Under the pieces are notes generated by a model, which had not been told where the DNA came from, did not search any database, and worked only from the letters and a program-made list of their open reading frames with translations. A program made the translations under genes and the position numbers. Below, piece by piece: positions 18,243 to 26,014 of a DNA stretch of 29,302 nucleotides. How positions within the stretch are numbered: position 1 is the first letter of the stretch; each line of letters begins with the position of its first letter. Origin of the DNA: an uncultured Pseudomonadota bacterium (GTDB taxonomy: Bacteria; Oederibacteriota; Muellerivitia; Muellerivitales; Muellerivitaceae). The DNA is taken from the NCBI GenBank assembly GCA_963770835.1, contig CAVYRH010000012.1, positions 1 through 29,302 on the forward strand, written 5' to 3'.

Positions 18243-18587
18243 ATGGCATTGAAACCGGAAGATGTGAAGGTTTGGGCAATCGAAGAATTAGAACGGGTTA
18301 AAGAAAAAATAAAAGCCTTCGATGAAATGCCCAACGGTGCAATGTTCCGGGACCTTTATTTGAAATTTAAAGGTTACCTAAAAACCTTTCCGCCCGACAG
18401 CCGGGTTTTCTCAGTTCCCTTGAGTGATGGCGGGGGCCTTTGGGTTGTCCATAGCGAACAAAAGCGGATTTTGTTAGTGGCACAATATTCCGCCCGATAC
18501 GAAATCTGTTTAGTTAAACACCTTTTTTTGGCCGAGGAAGTGACCCAGGCCCTTTTTGATAAAATCATCAAAGGAGAAAAAATATGA
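18243..18587 (+). CDS. Hypothetical protein, possibly RelE-like fold; paralog of 21834..22202
   Basis: Shared LKTFPP, G.WV, LLV..Y, C.V motifs; GAGG RBS. Confidence 0.6.
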   Translation: MALKPEDVKVWAIEELERVKEKIKAFDEMPNGAMFRDLYLKFKGYLKTFPPDSRVFSVPLSDGGGLWVVHSEQKRILLVAQYSARYEICLVKHLFLAEEVTQALFDKIIKGEKI

Positions 18588-19039
18588 AAACCCAAAAAGT
18601 TCATTTCCGGTTCAACCGGCGAATTGGGGTCAACAAAAGCGAAATGATCCGCTTTCGAGTTGACCTTATGAGGAAAAAGTCTTGGGTCGAGGCAATGGAA
18701 GCCTTGGGGGTGAAAGATTTTTCATCTTTTGCCCGGCAAGCCATTGACGGGGCCATTGACCGGGACTTTCGGGCCAAGGACCCTAAATGGCAGGAGTTTT
18801 TGAAGGCCGTAAAAGATATTTCCATCAAAATTTTGGGTTACCAGTTGATTGATAATCCTTCTTTGCGGAACCAGGATTTGACCGAAACCGAAAATATTTT
18901 GTACAAGAGGGGCCGGGAGTTGGCCCGCACCAGGGGAATAACCCATACTAAGGAACTGCCCACCCCTGAAAAAAAGACCATACGGTTTTCAGGGCGGCGC
19001 CCGGTTGTCATTCGTCATGCCCATGCGGCGAGGGCTTAA
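18584..19039 (+). CDS. Ribbon-helix-helix-like protein; paralog of 22232..22600
   Basis: IRFRV...W.EA..ALGVKDFSSFAR.A...DPKWQ.FL; ATGA overlap. Confidence 0.65.
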   Translation: MKTQKVHFRFNRRIGVNKSEMIRFRVDLMRKKSWVEAMEALGVKDFSSFARQAIDGAIDRDFRAKDPKWQEFLKAVKDISIKILGYQLIDNPSLRNQDLTETENILYKRGRELARTRGITHTKELPTPEKKTIRFSGRRPVVIRHAHAARA

Positions 19040-19278
19040 TTTGAAAAGCAAACCAGAGGAAACAGGGAAGCTCTCCCTTAAAAAACCCGACGCCAAGACC
19101 GCCGCGAAGATTGACAAGGCGGTCAAACATGCGGAAAAAATCGGGGAATGGATTTCTGATAAAGAATTAAGACCCCATGCTCATGGGAAATAAAACTAAG
19201 AAACCAAAGACCTCATCAAACACTTGAAGAAACTTTAAGAGCTAATTGTCCTCGAAGGAGGACAGCGGCCTTTTGGAG

Positions 19279-19310
19279 AAAAGCCCCGCCTTTCGGCAGG
19301 GGCTTTTTTT
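19279..19310. terminator. Bidirectional intrinsic terminator
   Basis: AAAAGCCCCGCC-TTTC-GGCAGGGGCTTTTTTT between convergent genes. Confidence 0.75.
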
Positions 19311-19492
19311 ATAACTGTTTTGTTTCCGCGTTTTTTTCGCAAACAGATTCATTCCAGCTTCGAAAAGTATCAAACAAAAAAAGCCCGACCCCTTCCGGGG
19401 CCGGGCCATTTTCCGGCTTTCACTTCTTCACGAAGTTTTGTGCCAGTTCCTTTTTTGGGAACTGGCGCACACAAGGCCAGCGCCTCGGTTTG

Positions 19493-19919
19493 TTACCTCC
19501 GCGCAGTGGGCTTCCACTCCTTTTTCGGCCACGTCTTAGCAGGTGCCGCCGCACTCGTCACAGCCGCCGGCCCGGCCACCGCGGGCACCACAGAACTCGC
19601 CAGTGTCGTGGGAACCACGGACGCCAGACTCGCTGGTTTCTCCCCGTCTTTCCGCCACCGCTTTGCGGTAGGCTTCCAAGCCCTCATGCGTGATCAAATC
19701 CCTCAAGGCCTTGTTCAAGTAGTAGAAGGGAACAAATCCCACTTCCTTGAACTGCCGTGACGGCAAATCCACGAAAGTCCCCTTGGCCCCCTCGACAATT
19801 CTCATCCCTGGCCAAATAGCCTCGTACTTCTCCTCAAACGTCACCTTTGCCGAGAACGTCCCGACCTGCTGTCCCTTCTTGGCGATATTCAACTTCACAA
19901 CTTCAATCTTTGGATTCAT
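19493..19919 (-). CDS. SpoVG-like protein, family B copy 1 (probable frameshift near 19650; Ala/Pro-rich tail)
   Basis: GMRIVEGAKGTFVDLPSR resembles the SpoVG IRVIDG..GLFVAMPS motif; GAGGAGG RBS; as written the frame stops at 19536. Confidence 0.7.
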
Positions 19920-20113
19920 GCGAATCCTCCTCATTTTTATTTGAGGGTTCCGCGCCTTTTTACTGCGCCCCCCTCTACGAACGAGTAGGGGGGCGCGGGT
20001 AAAAAGGATTTTGCTTTTGGCTAAAGGGAAGTAGCGAAGCGGATTTCCTGTAGCTCCGGTCGGTAATCCTTTAAGCGACGAATCGCGAGAGTGAAACGCC
20101 AGCGTTCGAGGCC
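19920..20113 (-). repeat. Conserved structured leader B, copy 1
   Basis: Shares GCGCCCCC/GGGGGCGC stem, GTAAAAAG, AGCGAAGCG, AAGCGACGAA and CAGCGTTCGAGGCC with 23197-23377. Confidence 0.7.
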
Positions 20114-20291
20114 TGGTTCACCGTCCACGGTATTTGGGGACGAGGGAAGGGGCGTGAGACCCAAGGCCGCTCGCTGGGTTTATTTATTTGTACTTTGTGA
20201 AAGCCTATTCCCTACCTTCAAACACAAAAGAAGGTTCGCCGGCCGCCGATTTCGCGGGCGTGTAACCTTCATCCATCCCCCCAATCCAGAT

Positions 20292-20619
20292 GGGCCGAAG
20301 CCGGCCCAAACCCCAGCCATGCCCATTGTAGATTCCTTTGAAAATTTATTTCTTAAAGACGCGCTGACTGCGAGGCACCTCCCACGCCAATCCAAAACCG
20401 GGATTGTCATGTGAGGCCGACCCAATTGGCCTTCGGCCAAGGGCGATTGGAAACCATCGGGTCGGCGCCGCTGTCGCTTTGTGAATAAATCCCCAAGACG
20501 GAATCCCCTTCTTAATTTCCAGCCCCGCCGCCGGCCTTGTGCCGGCGGGGCCGGAAATTTAAAAGTCCCGCAAAAAAGAGGCCGAAGGCCCCAGGCAAAA
20601 AGGATAAAGGAGCAAGTCC
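20292..20619 (+). repeat. Conserved structured leader A, copy 2
   Basis: Near-identical to 17324-17607 plus an inserted self-pairing subdomain. Confidence 0.85.
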
Positions 20620-20917
20620 ATGGGACTGCAAATCGAAGTGAAGGACATGAAGAAATCGAAAAAGGAGGAAACCAAGACCCTTGCGTCTTTCAAGGTCACG
20701 GTTTCGGTGGACGGTGAGCCTCTCATCACCCTGCCGAACTACCGGCTCGTCCAGACGGACAAGGGTTTGAAGGTGGACGCCGCCATCCACGAAGTCATCC
20801 AGCCGAAGAAGGCCGGGGACAAGGCGACTTCATCAAGTGTTACTACCCCTTCGCCAACCTGAACGACGAGGTTTTGCCGGAGGCCAAAAGGTCTTCAAGG
20901 GACTTCCGGTCAAGTAA
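20620..20917 (+). CDS. SpoVG-like protein, family A copy 2 (two apparent frameshifts)
   Basis: Close paralog of 17608..17916; FIKCYYPF and VFKGLPVK* continue in shifted frames. Confidence 0.6.
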
Positions 20918-20980
20918 CCAGGAACGGCCCCGCCGGGGGCCTAAACCCGGCAATCCTTTTTCAGGAGAAGCGAATGACGC

Positions 20981-21009
20981 TTGACAATATGTCTCCCACG
21001 GGAGACAAT
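20981..21009 (+). promoter_or_regulatory. TA promoter TTGACA-17-GACAAT with palindromic operator
   Basis: TGTCTCCC-AC-GGGAGACA 20990-21007; ATG just downstream suggests a leaderless transcript. Confidence 0.7.
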
Positions 21010-21014
21010 TAGCA

Positions 21015-21356
21015 ATGGAAGCCAGACCAAGGACGCTCCTCGAATACCAGACCACGAAAGGCGAAAAGCCTTTTCAAGTTTGGTTGGACTCCGTTAAGGA
21101 TGCCAAGGCGAAGAAGGCGGTTTTCGACCGTTTGCGCCGGGCCCAACTCGGAACCCTCGGGCATTGTGACGACGTCGGGGAAGGGGTTTGGGGCTTCAAG
21201 ATCGACGTAGGGCCGGGTTACCGGGTCTACTTCGGTCAGGACGGGCCGGTTCTGGTAATCCTCCTTTTGGGTGGTGAGAAGCACGGCCAACAAAAGGATA
21301 TTAACCTGGCCAAGGATTACTGGCAGAACTATAAGGCCAGAAAAGGGAAAGGGTGA
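21015..21356 (+). CDS. RelE/ParE-family addiction module killer toxin (HigB-like)
   Basis: PF..WL..VKD..A, VGEGV, IDVGPGYRVYF, LLLGG.K..Q..DI..A..YW. Confidence 0.88.
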   Translation: MEARPRTLLEYQTTKGEKPFQVWLDSVKDAKAKKAVFDRLRRAQLGTLGHCDDVGEGVWGFKIDVGPGYRVYFGQDGPVLVILLLGGEKHGQQKDINLAKDYWQNYKARKGKG

Positions 21357-21361
21357 TTCCT

Positions 21362-21716
21362 ATGAAAAAGAAAAAAGTAATTTCTCCCCGGCGGAACCTT
21401 TCGACCTCAACGGAGTTGTAGCCAAGAACTTGAAAAAGGACGAGGCTTTCCGCCGGAATACCTCAAAGACCTCCTGACCGAAAAGGACCTTCCTTTCCTG
21501 GCCGCTAGTCTCAAGCCTGTGGTCCAAGCCTTGGGTGGGGTGGGGAACTTCTCAAAGGAAACGGGCTTGGGTCGCCAAAGCCTCTACAAGGCCTTGTCCG
21601 GTAAAGTTCTCCCGGACTTCCCGACCCTCATCAAAATTCTCAACTTCGCTGGTTACGACCTAGCCTTGAAGAAAAGGGAACACCACGGCCGCAAAACCCA
21701 CGCTTTAGCTCATTGA
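21362..21716 (+). CDS. HTH addiction module antidote (HigA-like), apparent frameshifts in the 5' part
   Basis: ALGG....SKETGLGRQSLYKALS....P.F.TL.KIL...G. Confidence 0.8.
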
Positions 21717-21744
21717 CGGCCCCCGGTAATCTTAACCCGGTAAT

Positions 21745-21782
21745 TTGTAGCTCTTGTTTGTAGCTACAATTTGTAGTATATT
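21745..21782 (+). promoter_or_regulatory. Promoter TTGTTT-17-TATATT with TTGTAG repeats and TTGTAGCTACAA palindrome
   Basis: TTGTAG at 21745, 21758 and 21771 (13-bp period). Confidence 0.55.
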
Positions 21783-21833
21783 CCTTAGAGACGGGGAAGG
21801 GTTGGTTGAAGCCAATCCTTTACGGAAAGAAAC

Positions 21834-22202
21834 ATGAACGAGACGACCGGCGATTCCTTTGACGACATGAAATTTTTCAACCCCTGGGAGGTCAGGATTG
21901 ATGACGGGATCAACCCAAAGCTCGTTGATATCTTCAAAAAACATCCCTTGTTGCAAAAGCCCTTCTTCACGTTCCTGGACGAACTGAAGACCTTCCCGCC
22001 AAATGCCGACCACTTCAAGGAACCCATGAGGTCCTACTACGAGGAAGGGGTTTGGGTCACCATCACGGACGGGCATATCCGCCTGGCCTTGTTGGTGGAG
22101 TACCGGAAGCACGAGCAAACCTGTTGGGTGGTGGAGGCCGCGTTGGACGTACCGCGCGGGCATGATTGGTTGAAGGATTGGTATAAGAAAAAGAAATTTT
22201 AG
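21834..22202 (+). CDS. Hypothetical protein, possibly RelE-like fold; paralog of 18243..18587
   Basis: LKTFPP...GVWV...IRLALLVEY...CWV. Confidence 0.6.
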   Translation: MNETTGDSFDDMKFFNPWEVRIDDGINPKLVDIFKKHPLLQKPFFTFLDELKTFPPNADHFKEPMRSYYEEGVWVTITDGHIRLALLVEYRKHEQTCWVVEAALDVPRGHDWLKDWYKKKKF

Positions 22203-22231
22203 TAAAAACGAAACAGGGTTGGAGGTAAAGC

Positions 22232-22600
22232 ATGAAAGCCCATGTCGCAGAAAAGTCGAGTTTCTTCCCGGTTATTCGGGGAGAGGAGGAAAAATCTATC
22301 ACCCTTCGTTTTCGGGCGACGCCTTCCCAGGCGAAATATTGGGAAGAATCCCTGAAAGCTTTGGGCGTGAAGGACTTTTCGTCCTTCGCCCGCGGGGCCG
22401 TTCAGGCCGCCATCGAAATGGGCCAAAAGGCCCATGACCCCAAGTGGCAGGATTTCCTTGAGGCTATCCAGCCTATCGCCAAGAAGAAGCTGGGTTATGG
22501 AATCTTCCATGGTGGCGCGACCGTCACCGAGGGTTACGGCAAGGAGCGCAAGGGAATCACCGCCGAGGAATTCAACCGCCAAGTAGAAAAAAAGAAATAA
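22232..22600 (+). CDS. Ribbon-helix-helix-like protein; paralog of 18584..19039
   Basis: ITLRFRA...ALGVKDFSSFAR...DPKWQDFL; GGAGG RBS. Confidence 0.65.
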   Translation: MKAHVAEKSSFFPVIRGEEEKSITLRFRATPSQAKYWEESLKALGVKDFSSFARGAVQAAIEMGQKAHDPKWQDFLEAIQPIAKKKLGYGIFHGGATVTEGYGKERKGITAEEFNRQVEKKK

Positions 22601-22881
22601 AAACCACAGGGAACTAAAGAACACCACCTTGGGGGAAAACCGTGAAATCAAAACGTAAACAGGCTAAGCTATCTCGCCGAAAAAGCCGGTTTAAATAAAT
22701 CCAACAAATTCCTTTTAAATTTAATGGAACAAAGTTTTACAAACCTGGCCAAGCTCGTCAAAGATTGGAGGAAGAACTAGAAAAGGCGGTCAAAAAAATG
22801 GAAAGGAAATCAAAAGTTCAAGAAATAGGCCTAACTCCCCGAAATTTGCAGGGGAGGAACCCTCCCTGCGCCTCTCCTTTC

Positions 22882-23196
22882 TCATTCCTGCTCTAACTTC
22901 TTCTCAAGGGTCGCCTGTTCGTAGGCGTCCAAGGCCTGGTCCTGGATCAACTCCTTCAGGGGCTTGTTCAGGTAGTACAGCGGGACCGGGTCCTGGCTCT
23001 CCTTGTACTTCCTGGTGGGGACGTCCACGAATGTCCCCTTGCTTCCTTCGATGACGACCATCTTCGGGAAGTGCGTCTCGTAGCTGACCTCGTTCCCTTC
23101 CTCCTTATGGACGAAGGAAACCTTGGCGGTGAACGTCGCCACCAGCTGGCCCTTCCTTCCCAGGTACAACTTCAAAATCCCAACCTTTGGATTCAT
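22882..23196 (-). CDS. SpoVG-like protein, family B copy 2
   Basis: KMVVIEGSKGTFVDVPTR...YYLNKPLKELI...LDAY; GAGGAGG RBS. Confidence 0.7.
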   Translation of the reverse strand: MNPKVGILKLYLGRKGQLVATFTAKVSFVHKEEGNEVSYETHFPKMVVIEGSKGTFVDVPTRKYKESQDPVPLYYLNKPLKELIQDQALDAYEQATLEKKLEQE

Positions 23197-23377
23197 GCGA
23201 ACCCTCCTCAATTATTTTTTGAAGAGGCGCGTTTGGAGGCGCCCCCTCACCAACCGGAAGGGGGGCGCCGTAAAAAGATTAGGTTTTGCGGGAGGGAAGA
23301 AGCGAAGCGAATTCCCGGGAGCTTTGCCTTGGGTTAAAGCGACGAAGCGCGAAAACGAAGTGACAGCGTTCGAGGCC
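23197..23377 (-). repeat. Conserved structured leader B, copy 2
   Basis: Motif and stem conservation with 19920-20113. Confidence 0.7.
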
Positions 23378-23542
23378 CGCCGCCGGGCCCGGGTTTTCCG
23401 GGCCGGGCGGGGTCCCGGAGGGCTAGGGCCGGTCGCGTTTTTTTGTCTTTTGGCCCTAAGGTGAAAAGCCTTTCGGCTTTTTTTGTAAAGGTTTTGTTCT
23501 CGCCGCATTTTGCAAAAGGGGTAAAATTACCTGAATAAAGCT

Positions 23543-23570
23543 TGTCCACGACGGGGACCCGTCGTGGACA
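23543..23570. repeat. 28-bp palindromic site 1 of 5
   Basis: TGTCCACGACGGG-GA-CCCGTCGTGGACA. Confidence 0.95.
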
Positions 23571-23595
23571 AGCCATGGAGGCGAATTTGGAACAA

Positions 23596-24069
23596 ATGAA
23601 GATATTTTTTATTTTTGTGCTTTTATTGGCTGGAGTGGGGTATTCAAAGGAAATGGTTTCCAAACCTCTTTATGTCAACGGAAGCCAATTTGAGGGTGTT
23701 ATTTTTCAGTGCGGAGACCCTTCAATGCCGTCTGATAAACCCTGCTGGACGCCAAATGTATATCAGGTGCGCCAAATGGAAAATCACCTTGGAGCCTTCC
23801 TGCTGGCTCAACATAACAGAATCAAAAATTCGAACCCATTATGGAAAGCTTGGGATTCTTCAAAAAACTTCAGCGAATACAAACGGCAGTATTGGGGCTT
23901 ATACGAAAAAGGGCGCAAGGTGATTTACGTAAGCTTATTTTGCCTGGCTGAGAAAGATTGGAAAGAAAAGGTGCATCGAGCCCACGGCGGGGGGACTTGT
24001 TTTTTGGAAATCAAATACGATCCCGGAACCGGGGAATATTTCGACTACGGGGAAAATCCCCCAAAATGA
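23596..24069 (+). CDS. Secreted hypothetical protein (cassette 1)
   Basis: Signal-peptide-like MKIFFIFVLLLAGVGYS; four Cys; stop 8 nt before site 2; alternative start at 23575. Confidence 0.7.
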   Translation: MKIFFIFVLLLAGVGYSKEMVSKPLYVNGSQFEGVIFQCGDPSMPSDKPCWTPNVYQVRQMENHLGAFLLAQHNRIKNSNPLWKAWDSSKNFSEYKRQYWGLYEKGRKVIYVSLFCLAEKDWKEKVHRAHGGGTCFLEIKYDPGTGEYFDYGENPPK

Positions 24070-24077
24070 AGTTTTAA

Positions 24078-24105
24078 TGTCCACGACGGGGACCCGTCGT
24101 GGACA
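24078..24105. repeat. 28-bp palindromic site 2 of 5
   Basis: Identical to site 1. Confidence 0.95.
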
Positions 24106-24183
24106 GGTCTTAGGGCATTAAATGGGATTGCGAACCATGCCTAATGGATATACAATCGTATATATAGAAAAGGAGGTTTTCCT

Positions 24184-24417
24184 ATGAAAACTTTAATTGT
24201 TCTTCCCGATGAATTGGGAGCCGAGCTGAAGCATACCATTCCCGCCCGCCAAAGAAGCCGGTTTGTGGCGGAAGCTGTTGAAAAACAACTTCGGTCTATG
24301 AAATTCAAAAAGGTTCTCAAACAAACCGCTGGTTCGTGGACGGATAAAAATCATCCTGATATGACAACCCAAGCGGGGATTAACCGCCACTTGGGCCGAA
24401 TCCGGGGATGGAGTTAA
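24184..24417 (+). CDS. RHH-type antitoxin (VapB-like) (cassette 2)
   Basis: KTLIVLPDEL...RSRFVAEAV...AGSW; AAGGAGG RBS; upstream of a PIN toxin. Confidence 0.75.
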   Translation: MKTLIVLPDELGAELKHTIPARQRSRFVAEAVEKQLRSMKFKKVLKQTAGSWTDKNHPDMTTQAGINRHLGRIRGWS

Positions 24418-24426
24418 TCCGAGTCC

Positions 24427-24816
24427 ATGCCCTACTTGATAGATTCCGACGTTATTATTTGGGCTCTTCGCGGGCGTTCAGAGATTGTGGAACTCTTGTT
24501 AAATCTTTCAGAGGAAGAATCCATAGCCTGTTCAGCCATCAATGTTTTGGAAGTCGAGGTCGGAGCTAAAGCTTCCGAGATGAAAGCGGTCCATCAGCAT
24601 TTGGGAAGCTATGAGATACTTCCGGTACTCCCGTCAACAGCACGAAAAGCCGCTGAAATTCTTCGCTCATTTTCCCGCAAACCCCATCGGGGTGAATGGG
24701 CCGACGCAGTCATTGCCGCTACGGCCCTACTTAATGATTTGACGTTGGTCACCTTTAACACCCGTCATTACCAATACCCAGGGCTTTCACTTTATCCAAC
24801 GAAGGACATCACTTAG
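24427..24816 (+). CDS. vapC: PIN-domain toxin (cassette 2)
   Basis: YLIDSDVII, SAINVLEV..G, DAVIAATA, LVTFNTRHY. Confidence 0.9.
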   Translation: MPYLIDSDVIIWALRGRSEIVELLLNLSEEESIACSAINVLEVEVGAKASEMKAVHQHLGSYEILPVLPSTARKAAEILRSFSRKPHRGEWADAVIAATALLNDLTLVTFNTRHYQYPGLSLYPTKDIT

Positions 24817-24838
24817 TGTTTTGAGTGAGGCTGTAGGT

Positions 24839-24866
24839 TGTCCACGACGGGGACCCGTCGTGGACA
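24839..24866. repeat. 28-bp palindromic site 3 of 5
   Basis: Identical to site 1. Confidence 0.95.
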
Positions 24867-25065
24867 GGGAAAATCGAAAGATGGTTAGATCGAAGTGATT
24901 ATTAAAGGAAAATTATGTCGAAGCTTTGGTCCTGCCGAAAGTGTGGACGGAAAAACGAAGGGCTCTCTTGTGTCAATTGTGGCAACCCCAAAAGACACCC
25001 TTTCGATTATAAATTCATCATTTTTGTTGATTGCGGCCTGGTTCTTTTTATCCTGTTAGTTTTAT

Positions 25066-25628
25066 AAAACTTGCCAGAAAACCCCAGGCTTTTAAGCCTG
25101 GGGATGAATGGCTGCCCGGAGGCCCGACAGGTTTTTTGTCGGGCCGCAGGCCATAAAATATGGCATGCTTTGGTCATGTCAAAATACTGGGTAGGGGCAC
25201 ACACCAAGCACCGTCTGCAATTTCATCTCGTTTGGATACCGAAGTACCGGAAGCGAGTCTTGGATAGCAAAATAGCCGTCCGCCTGCAGGAGCTGTTTAA
25301 AGAGGCGGCCCAAGTAAACCGATGGGAAATCCACGAGTTAAATATTCAACGAGATCACGTGCATATGCTGATCCAGGTTGAGCCAAGGGTGAGTGTAGCC
25401 AAAGTAGTACAGATTCTAAAAGGTGGGACAAGTATCAAGATAAGGGAAGAATTTCCAGCTTTGCAGGAGTTCCTTTGGGGCGATAGTTTTTGGGCGGACG
25501 GGTATTTTGCGGAAAGTATAGGTACGGTGCAGGAAGAAATGATTCGCAAGTATATCCGGGAGCAACAGCATGACCAAAGTATGCTGAAAGGCTGAAACCC
25601 CGGGCTTTAGCCCGGGGAGTAGCTTCAT
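25066..25628 (+). mobile_element. IS200/IS605-family insertion sequence (tnpA only)
   Basis: Inserted 3' of TTAT, ends TCAT; subterminal hairpins CCCCAGGCT/AGCCTGGGG 25082-25103 and CCCCGGGCT/AGCCCGGGG 25598-25617. Confidence 0.85.
25176..25595 (+). CDS. tnpA: Y1 HUH transposase
   Basis: HLVWIPKYRK, DHVHML (HUH), LKG.TS, FWADGYF..S.G, IRKYI.EQ. Confidence 0.93.
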   Translation: MSKYWVGAHTKHRLQFHLVWIPKYRKRVLDSKIAVRLQELFKEAAQVNRWEIHELNIQRDHVHMLIQVEPRVSVAKVVQILKGGTSIKIREEFPALQEFLWGDSFWADGYFAESIGTVQEEMIRKYIREQQHDQSMLKG

Positions 25629-25929
25629 TAAAAGTCGTTCCAACTTTCGCGGATGTTTTCTCGAGTTTTGGCGGAACTCTTTTCTGGCCCAGAGAACTGG
25701 TCTTTAGATTATCCAATTTTACGAAAACTTTTCCGGGTGAATTAATATTTGGGGTTGTTTGGCTGGCTATATTAGTTTCCTTTGTTCTAGGTATTAAAAA
25801 ACAGGTGAAGTTTAAGTATTGGGCGATCTTGTTCTGGTTTCTTTTACTGATTTTGATCTTTTTAATAGTAATTATGTTTATGCCTGAAATTGGGTTGGGG
25901 CCGGTATCGAATTGAATCCGTTTGGAACT

Positions 25930-25957
25930 TGTCCACGACGGGGACCCATCGTGGACA
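25930..25957. repeat. 28-bp palindromic site 4 of 5 (one mismatch)
   Basis: TGTCCACGACGGG-GA-CCCATCGTGGACA. Confidence 0.93.
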
Positions 25958-26014
25958 GCTTGGATGTCGACCCAAAGAGAAAAACAGTGATCCAATAAGT
26001 AAGGATTAGATCTT

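Larger units (their letters stand above)
1..23500. mobile_element. Conjugative plasmid-like element or ICE (T4SS + Rep/ParAB + T4CP + relaxase + leading region); left end outside window, right end approximate
   Basis: Co-occurrence of VirB4, T4CP, relaxase, ParA/ParB, Rep and TA genes; housekeeping genes only appear after 26864; no integrase in window. Confidence 0.8.
24915..25915 (+). pseudogene. Zinc-ribbon + membrane protein gene (145 aa) split by IS200 (cassette 3)
   Basis: 24915-25065 (WSCRKC...N...CVNC, TM) joins in frame to 25629-25915 (VVPTFADVFSSFGG..., TMs) when the IS is removed. Confidence 0.75.

Noticed and set aside
25176..25595. TnpA as the REP-associated transposase mobilising the 28-bp sites
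   Set aside because: It has its own IS200-type terminal hairpins and interrupts a cassette gene, so it is a later insertion
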